A stretch of DNA of 64,000 nucleotides from Saprospirales bacterium (GTDB lineage Bacteria > Bacteroidota > Bacteroidia > Chitinophagales > JADIYW01), in NCBI GenBank assembly GCA_016711605.1, contig JADJSS010000004.1:194320-258319 (forward strand). The letters are read 5' to 3'. A model generated the notes under the pieces. It did not search any database. It was not told where the DNA came from and worked only from the letters and a program-made list of their open reading frames with translations. Positions within the stretch are counted from its first letter, which is position 1. Every line of letters begins with the position of its first letter. Shown piece by piece: positions 21,618 through 29,164 of this stretch. The position numbers and the translations under genes are program-made.

Positions 21618-22438
21618 AAACAATTAATTTATTTGAATTATCAGATGAGTTTATTATCAGCAAATTTGCTGGCGGCGAATGTCATGTTAAATTTCTACAA
21701 AAAATAGAAGATGAATTTGTAAGAATTAATACACGTTTAAATTCTTCTGATGATGTGATGGTTTTATGTTTAACTGTAGATGCTTTACGCAGAATGAATG
21801 TTAAGTATATTGAAGTATTTATTCCATACATTCCTTATGCACGACAAGATAGAGTGATGGTGAAAGGTGAACCATTGTCTATTAAAGTATTTGCCAATAT
21901 TATTAATAGTTTTCAATTAAATAAAGTTATCGTTTTTGATGCACATAGCGATGTTTCTGTTGCATTAATAGATAGATGTGAAAATATGACTAACTATGAA
22001 ATGGTGAACCATATTATAAAAAGCGAATTAAAATATAACGAATTCGTATTGGTGTCGCCAGATATTGGTGCTTATAAAAAGATAGAAAAATTAGGTAAGT
22101 ATACAGGTTGTAAAAATGCATTAGCAGTAGGTATGAAAGTTAGAAATTTAGATACTGGCGATATAATAAAAAGTGAAGTAATAACACACGATGAAGATCA
22201 AGATAAACCACATATTATTGTAGATGATATTTGCGATGGAGGAAGAACTTTTATTGAGATTGCAGCAATCTTAAAACAAAAAAATATTACCAATCTATCA
22301 CTTATTATTTCACATGGTATTTTTAGCCATCATGCAATAGAAAACTTATACGATGCAGGATATAAAAATATCTTCAGTAGCAACTCAATAACAGACAGAA
22401 TAGATACAAACTTTTTTAAACAGATAAATATTTTTTAA
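21605..22438 (+). CDS. prs: short ribose-phosphate pyrophosphokinase-like protein (Prs family; possibly ADPR-directed)
   Basis: 277 aa; VFDAHSD and PRPP-loop IIVDDICDGGRT motifs; start overlaps the end of the NrtR-like gene. Confidence 0.7.
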   Translation: MEKIKTINLFELSDEFIISKFAGGECHVKFLQKIEDEFVRINTRLNSSDDVMVLCLTVDALRRMNVKYIEVFIPYIPYARQDRVMVKGEPLSIKVFANIINSFQLNKVIVFDAHSDVSVALIDRCENMTNYEMVNHIIKSELKYNEFVLVSPDIGAYKKIEKLGKYTGCKNALAVGMKVRNLDTGDIIKSEVITHDEDQDKPHIIVDDICDGGRTFIEIAAILKQKNITNLSLIISHGIFSHHAIENLYDAGYKNIFSSNSITDRIDTNFFKQINIF

Positions 22439-22987
22439 ATGACAACATATAATTTAGATTGGTTGATAAAGAAATGTCAGTCAAAAGAAAATATAAAATA
22501 TATAGCATTCTGGGGACACCAACCCAGTAAGGATGGTAAACTTACTAAAACTTGTTTTAGCCAATGGTGGTATGCTTCATTTGTGGTGGATGAGGTTGAA
22601 TATAAAACAGCTGAACACTGGATGATGGCAGAGAAAGCAAGATTGTTTGATGATAGTAAAATTATAGATAAAATTGTAAATGCTAAAACACCAGCAGAAG
22701 CTAAGAAACTAGGCAGGTTAGTGAATAATTTTGATGCTGCAAAATGGGATTTACATAAGTTTGAAATTGTTGTGAATGGTAACTATCATAAATTCAAACA
22801 GAATAATAATATCAAGAAGATTTTATTGGAAACAAAAGATAATGTTATAGTTGAAGCAAGTCCAGTTGATAAGATTTGGGGAATTGGATTGTCACCAGAA
22901 CATCCACAGGTTAATTATCCTTGGAAATGGAAAGGCGAGAATTTATTAGGCTTCGCTTTAATGGAAGTAAGAGATTTGTTAAAATAA
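22439..22987 (+). CDS. NADAR (YbiA/DUF1768) family protein
   Basis: FWGH...FSQWW, YKTAEHWMMAEKARLF, AKKLGR, EASPVDKIWGIGL motifs; ATG directly abuts the prs stop. Confidence 0.8.
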   Translation: MTTYNLDWLIKKCQSKENIKYIAFWGHQPSKDGKLTKTCFSQWWYASFVVDEVEYKTAEHWMMAEKARLFDDSKIIDKIVNAKTPAEAKKLGRLVNNFDAAKWDLHKFEIVVNGNYHKFKQNNNIKKILLETKDNVIVEASPVDKIWGIGLSPEHPQVNYPWKWKGENLLGFALMEVRDLLK

Positions 22988-22990
22988 AAA

Positions 22991-23030
22991 CGTTGCTTCT
23001 TTGCGTCCTTTGCGTGAAATAAAATTTAAT
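22991..23030 (+). repeat. CTTTGCG-type intergenic cassette, copy 1
   Basis: cgttgCTTCTTTGCGTCCTTTGCGTGAAATAAAATTTAATAA followed by ATGAAAA. Confidence 0.7.
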
Positions 23031-23032
23031 AA

Positions 23033-23443
23033 ATGAAAACAACATTATACAGACCAGTTGGATTAAAAGAGATGGAATTAATTGTTGCATCTGGTTGGAG
23101 AAAATTTCCACTTAGATTAGAATGGCAACCAATATTTTATCCAGTATTAAACCAACAATATGCAGAACAAATTGCGTTAGATTGGAACACTAAAGATGAA
23201 TTTTCTGGTTACTGTGGCATAGTTACTGCATTTGACATAAGTGATGAATATCTTAAGCAATATGAAATTCAAAATGTAGGTGGTGCAGTACATAATGAAC
23301 TTTGGATACCATCAGAAAAATTAGAAGAATTCAATCAAAATATTATTGACAAAATCAGAATGGTAAATGCATATTTTGGTGAAGGTTTCAAACCATCAAT
23401 AAATACTGAATTGATGAATGAGTTGCAAAAATATCAACTATAA
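23033..23443 (+). CDS. conserved hypothetical protein embedded in the ADP-ribose/NAD island
   Basis: 136-aa ORF (LYRPVGLKEMELI...FPLRLEWQPIFYPVLN...DWNTKD...NELWIP); no family name recognised. Confidence 0.6.
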   Translation: MKTTLYRPVGLKEMELIVASGWRKFPLRLEWQPIFYPVLNQQYAEQIALDWNTKDEFSGYCGIVTAFDISDEYLKQYEIQNVGGAVHNELWIPSEKLEEFNQNIIDKIRMVNAYFGEGFKPSINTELMNELQKYQL

Positions 23444-23500
23444 CCTTTGCGCACTTTGCATCTTTGCGTTCCGAAATTTCAGAATTGCGTAAAATAAACA
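23444..23500 (+). repeat. CTTTGCG-type intergenic cassette, copy 2
   Basis: AACCTTTGCGCACTTTGCATCTTTGCGTTCCGAAATTTCAG..., followed by ATGAAAA at 23510. Confidence 0.7.
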
Positions 23501-23509
23501 CAAAACAAA

Positions 23510-24025
23510 ATGAAAATAGAAATAATACAAGCAGATATCACAACCGTACAAGTGGATGCCATTGTGAATGCAGCAAATACGTCTTTGCTTGGTGGCGGCG
23601 GTGTTGATGGCGCAATTCATCGAAAAGGCGGTAAGGTTATATTAGATGAATGTATGACTATCAGAGATAGACAAGGTAATTGCAAAACAGGAAATGCAGT
23701 GATAACTACAGCTGGAAATTTACCTGCAAAATATGTTATTCATACTGTTGGGCCAGTTTGGAATGTTGGTAATAATAAAGAAGAGCAGTTATTAGAAAAT
23801 TGTTATATAAATTCTTTAAAGTTAGCTGTTGAAAATAATGTAAAAACAATTGCATTTCCCAATATCAGCACGGGAATTTACCACTTTCCCAAAAAAAGAG
23901 CAGCTGCTATTGCATTCCAAACTATTCAGAATTTTCCCAACAAAGATTATTTTGATAAAATAGTATTTGTATGTTTTGATGATGAAAATTTTCAGTTGTA
24001 TAAAAATTATCAAACCAATCAATAA
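23510..24025 (+). CDS. Macro domain protein (ADP-ribose-1''-phosphatase / O-acetyl-ADP-ribose deacetylase type)
   Basis: [25 protein letters not shown] and [12 protein letters not shown] motifs. Confidence 0.9.
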   Translation: MKIEIIQADITTVQVDAIVNAANTSLLGGGGVDGAIHRKGGKVILDECMTIRDRQGNCKTGNAVITTAGNLPAKYVIHTVGPVWNVGNNKEEQLLENCYINSLKLAVENNVKTIAFPNISTGIYHFPKKRAAAIAFQTIQNFPNKDYFDKIVFVCFDDENFQLYKNYQTNQ

Positions 24026-24030
24026 GATAA

Positions 24031-24884
24031 AACAAGCTTTTAGGTTTAGCAATCGGCGATGCATTAGGAGTTCCTGTTGAATTCTACTCAAGGGAACAAC
24101 TAGAAAATCGACCTATTAAAGATATGATAGGATATGGTAGTTGGAATCAACCACCAGGTACTTGGTCAGATGATAGTTCACTTACTTTTTGTACCGCTGA
24201 AAGCTTGTTGGATGGATATGATGCAGAAAAAATGTTGACCTTATTTGTAAGATGGTATAAAGAAGGTTATTGGGGCGCACATCATAAATTATTTGATATT
24301 GGACAAACTACTCGATTATCTATAGCCAGATTTATAAAAAATGGATTTAGTAATATGAATGGTGAATTTGATGTGGACTCCAATGGCAATGGTTCTTTGA
24401 TGCGTATACTGCCAATGGCATTCTATCTAACAAAAATACAGGATATAGATACAAGATATAATATCATTAAAGAAGTATCATCTTTAACGCATGCGCATTT
24501 TCGAAGTGTTTTATCTTGTTTTATTTATGTTGAATTTGCTATTCATTTAATAAATGGAAATAAACCACAAGATGCATATAATTCAATGCAAAAAACAGTG
24601 AATGATTTTGTTGCAAAAATGGAATTTAATCAAAAAGAAGTGGAGCTTTTTGATCGAATTTTAAAAATGAATATTGCAATTGTTGATGTTGATTTTATTC
24701 GCTCATCTGGATATGTATTGTCAACATTAGAAGCAAGTTTGTGGTGTGTATTAAAATCAACAACTTATGTAGAATCGACTCTAAAAGCAGTAAATCTTGG
24801 TGGCGATACAGATACACTGGACCGTAAGGTGGTATTGCGCAACTATGGTATTGATGATATCCAGATAGATGGTTGAAAAAATAA
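24031..24884 (+). pseudogene. ADP-ribosylglycohydrolase (DraG/ARH family), no start codon for the conserved N-terminus and several 3' frameshifts
   Basis: LLGLAIGDALGVPVEF and WSDDSSLT motifs lie upstream of the first ATG (24124). The C-terminal GGDTDT...GIDDIP-DRWLKK can only be read by switching frames about 4 times between 24815 and 24870. Confidence 0.8.
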
Positions 24885-24890
24885 AATAAC

Positions 24891-25444
24891 ATGAATGAAC
24901 AACATAAAAAAAGTATCAGCAAATTTTTAAGCTTGATACTGCGACACAGTCCACAAACGATTCAGCTACAACTCGATGAAAATGGCTGGGTAAACACAGA
25001 TGAATTAATTTCTAAATGTGCTAAACATAAACATGTCTTTACTTTTAAAGAGTTGGAAGAAGTTGTTGCAACAAACGATAAACAACGTTTCATCTTCAAT
25101 GAAGATAAAACAAAGATAAGAGCCAATCAAGGTCATTCAATTGCTATTGATTTAGTATTGCAACCACAAACACCACCTGATTATTTATATCATGGCACTG
25201 TTTCGAAATTTCTGAATGATATAAAGAAAGATGGTTTGTTGAAGATGAGTCGCCAGCACGTGCATTTAAGTTCAGATAAAGAAACAGCTATAAAAGTGGG
25301 CAGCAGAAGAGGTGTGCCTGTTATTCTTACAGTAAAATCTGTAAAGATGTATCAAGATGGTTACTCATTCTATCTTCAGAAAATGGTGTTTGGTTAACCG
25401 ATCACGTACCAGCAAATTATATCGAATTTAAAATTAAAAGATGA
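24891..25444 (+). CDS. kptA: RNA 2'-phosphotransferase Tpt1/KptA (one frameshift near 25375)
   Basis: KFLSLILRHSP, GWV, NQGHS, LYHGT, HVHLS motifs; the C-terminus SENGVWLTDHVPANYIEF lies in another frame; TGA overlaps the next ATG (ATGA at 25441). Confidence 0.85.
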
Positions 25445-26174
25445 ACACAACTTATGTTATTGGTGATATACATGGTGCTTTAAAAGCGTTGATACAAGTA
25501 TTGAATAAAGTACAACCAACGAATGAAGATACCTTTATTTTTTAGGTGATTATGTAGATGGCTGGTCTGAATCAGCACAAGTAATAGACTATTTGATTGA
25601 ATTTAATAAACATCACCAATGCGTATTCGTTAAAGGGAACCATGATGTTTGGACAATGGATTGGCTGCAAGGAAAATCAGTAGATCCAATTTGGCTGAAA
25701 CATGGCGGTATGGAAACAATTGATAGTTATAAAGGTTTGGGTGATGAAAGAAAAGCTCAACATCTGGATTTCTATCAAAATCTGCAGAATTATTTTATCG
25801 ATGACAAAAACAGATTATTTATTCATGCAGGATTTTCTTCTATGCACGGACCAGCTTCTGAATTCTATATGACCAATTATACTTGGGATAGAACACTTTG
25901 GGAAATGGCATTAACGTTGGATAATCGCATTCAAAAAGATTCTGTCCTATATCCAAATAGATTGAAGTTATACCATGAAATTTATATAGGTCATACACCA
26001 ACGATTAATTATAAAGTTGATGTTCCAATGAATGGTTGTAATGTGTGGAATATAGACACAGGTGCAGCATTTACGGGCAAACTCAGCATCATGAATATAG
26101 ATACCAAACAATTTTTTCAAAGCGATATTATTAAAGAATTATATCCAAATGAAGTTGGTAGAAATAAAAGATAA
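25441..26174 (+). CDS. calcineurin-like metallophosphoesterase (one frameshift in the T-run at 25531-25536)
   Basis: VIGDIHG, (F)LGDYVDGW, VKGNHD, GHT motifs; adding one T to the T-run restores TFIFLGDYVDG. Confidence 0.8.
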
Positions 26175-26186
26175 AATACTTTAAAA

Positions 26187-26240
26187 ACTTTGCGCCTTAG
26201 CTTCTTTGCGCTCTTTGCGTGAAATTAAAATTTAAAAATG
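26187..26240 (+). repeat. CTTTGCG-type intergenic cassette, copy 3, followed by a dead copy of the nadV start
   Basis: ACTTTGCGCCTTAGCTTCTTTGCGCTCTTTGCGTGAAATTAAAATTTAAAA, then ATGAAAATTAATCCATACTAA (compare nadV ATGAAAATCAATCCATTCTTA). Confidence 0.7.
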
Positions 26241-26300
26241 AAAATTAATCCATACTAAATTAAGTATAAAAATAGCAGACAAAAAATGAATCAATAAAAG

Positions 26301-26345
26301 CAGCGCCTTTGCTTCTTAGCGTTCTTAGCGTTAAATCAAAATTCA
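26301..26345 (+). repeat. CTTTGCG/CTTAGCG-type intergenic cassette, copy 4
   Basis: GCGCCTTTGCTTCTTAGCGTTCTTAGCGTTAAATCAAAATTC upstream of nadV. Confidence 0.7.
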
Positions 26346-26366
26346 ATCAAAATCAAATAAAAAAAA

Positions 26367-27817
26367 ATGAAAATCAATCCATTCTTATTAACCGACTTTT
26401 ATAAAGTTGGGCATCCATTTCAGTATCCTGAAAAAACAACATTAGTGTATTCAAATCTAACTGCCAGAAAAAGCAGATTAGTAAATGTTAATGAAATGGT
26501 GTTCTTTGGTTTGCAATATTTTATGAAAGAATATCTATTAGAATATTTCAATGAATCCTTTTTTCAACAACCTAAAGAAAAAGTAATAAATGAATACAAG
26601 CGAAGAATTAGTTCAGCATTAGGTGGCGATTTACCAACTTACATTCATATTGAAAAATTACACGATTTAGGTTATTTGCCAATAGAAATTAAAGCATTGC
26701 CAGAAGGTAGTAAAGTTCCAATGCGTGTTCCGTGTTTAACCATCGTAAATACATTACCAGATTTTTATTGGTTAACCAATTTTCTAGAATCATTATTATC
26801 TGCTGTTATTTGGCAACCTTGTACTTCTGCAACTATTGCGCATGAATATCGTAAACTACTAGATAAATATGCTATAGAGACAGGTATGCCATTAGATTTT
26901 GTACAATGGCAAGGACACGATTTTAGCTTTCGTGGCATGAGTTCTTTAGAGTCAGCTATCTTATCTGGTATGGGACACCTACTGTCTTTTTCTGGTACAG
27001 ATACCATACCAGCCATTGATGCATTAGAATATTATTATCATGCAAATTCAGATAAAGAATTAATTGGTGGAAGTGTGCCAGCAACCGAACACAGCGTTAT
27101 GTGTAGCGGTGCAAAAGACGGCGAATTAGAAACCTTTAAAAGATTGATTACAGAAGTGTATCCAAATGGCATTGTAAGTATTGTTTCTGATACTTGGGAT
27201 TTATGGAAAGTATGTACAGAATATTTGCCTCAATTAAAACAAGATATTTTGGCAAGAGATGGCAAAGTCGTGATACGACCAGATAGTGGCGATCCTGTTT
27301 TAATTATTTGTGGTAATCCAAATGGTAAAACAGGAGCAGAGCGTAAAGGCTTAGTCGAGTTATTATGGGATGTATTTGGTGGAACGATTACAGATAAAGG
27401 GTATAAATTGTTAGATAGTCATATTGGTGCTATTTATGGTGATAGCATAAATATTGACAGAGCAACGCGTATTTGTGAAAATTTAAAAACGAAGGGTTTT
27501 GCTTCGCAAGTGGTATTTGGAATTGGTAGTTATACCTATCAATACAACACACGTGATACCTTTGGTATGGCAATGAAAGCTACTTATGTAGAGATAGATG
27601 GTGAAGCAAGAGAAATATTTAAAAGTCCAATTACTGATGATGGTACAAAGGTTTCTGCAACTGGATTGTTATCTGTAAAAAAGAGAATAATAAATTTGTG
27701 TTGCAAGATAAAGTAAGCTGGAATGAAGAAAAAAATAGCGATTTAAAAACAGTTTTCTTAAATGGAAAAATTATTAAAGAGTTTACTTTACAAGAAATTA
27801 GAGAAAATTTGATTTAA
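26367..27817 (+). CDS. nadV: nicotinamide phosphoribosyltransferase-like protein (NadV/NAMPT family; one frameshift near 27690)
   Basis: NAMPT-type pattern (TDFYK, FGLQY, GHDFSFRGM, IRPDSGDP, GDS...GIGS); C-terminal FVLQDKVSWNEEKNSDLKTVFLNGK in another frame. Confidence 0.85.
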
Positions 27818-27890
27818 TGTAATCAACACACGTTGAGTATTTACTATTTCATAAAAAATGTAAAGCATTAAATTTGCTAAAATACTAAGC

Positions 27891-29029
27891 ATGATTTCAG
27901 ATTTTTTGCAGCCAGTTGATCAACGTATCATTAATGATTATTACATTGCCAATCCATATATTTCAGATTATATTCATTTATATCACGAAAAAAATCATTA
28001 GAAAATTATACTATTGCCATTTTAGGTGTGGAAGATTATCGTGGTTACATTGCCAATAAAGGAACCGAAAATGCAGCAAATGAAGTTCGCAAACAACTCT
28101 ATCAGTTTTCGGCTTTTACGAATGGAATGCAATTGCTCGATTTAGGAAACATTAAAGCAGGTGATACCTATGTAGATACTTTGGTAGCTGTCGTTGAAAC
28201 CTTGCACGAGCTTTTTAAAAACAACATTATTACAATTGTAATTGGTGGCGATGCTGCTTTAGCTTCGCAATTCAAAGCGTATGATATTTTTGAAAACGAA
28301 ATCACTGTGGCACATATTGCATCCAAAGTTGTTTGGGAAAACAGCGATGTTGATATTCACAAAACGTATTTGAAAGATTTTTTCTTAAGTACAAATTTAA
28401 AAAAATACAATTTAGTTGCGTATCAATCTTATTTTCTACATGAAAAACAATTGTCGTTTTTAAGTAGTAAAGAACATGATGTATTGCGTGTTGGAAAAAT
28501 TCGCGAACATATTTTTGAAGCAGAACCATTATTGCGTGAAGCTGCGATGGTTACATTTAATATCAACGCTATTCGTTATTCTGATGCACCAGCACAACTC
28601 GAACCTTCACCAAATGGTTTGTTTGGTGATGAAGCATGTGGTTTAGCGCGTTTTGCTGGCATGAGTGATTTGTTGATGAGCATTGGTTTTTACGATTATA
28701 ATCCAGCATTAGATAAAAGCGATGTGACTGCAAAACAACTTGCACAAATGGTTTGGTATTTTGTGGAAGGCGTGAGCTTGCGCAGAAATGACTATCCAAT
28801 TGTTGACGAAAAAGATTTTAATATGTTTATTGTTCAGATTGAAGACGCGGAAAATGATTTTATCTTTTTAAAAAGCAAAAAAAGCGATCGTTGGTGGATG
28901 AAAATTATGTATGATAAAAATGGTAAATCCATTCATAAATTAATTCCATGTACGTATAAAGATTATTTAGCTGCTATCAACAATGAAATTCCAGAACGCT
29001 GGATGCGCGAATGGATGCGTTTGAGTTAA
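27891..29029 (+). CDS. arginase/formiminoglutamase-fold protein with substituted metal ligands (one frameshift in the A-run near 27985)
   Basis: IGGDAAL where the family has GGDHS, VAHIAS where it has DAHxD, FNINAI where it has SxDxD; the N-terminal 32 codons (from ATG 27891) are in another frame. Confidence 0.55.
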
Positions 29030-29164
29030 ACAAACTTTTTCAACTTTTATATTAAGATTATTTTAATGCATATCGTTAAGTTAATTAGTAGTTAATTAAA
29101 TGGTTTCTGTTAAACATAGTACGATATTTGTACGCTATATAATTGTTGCATTGTAAAATTATCT

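Noticed and set aside
22911-23111. Minus-strand 66-aa ORF, and 23438-23620 and 23822-24091, spanning island intergenic cassettes
   Set aside because: They overlap well-supported plus-strand genes and the repeated cassettes. Their translations are low-complexity.
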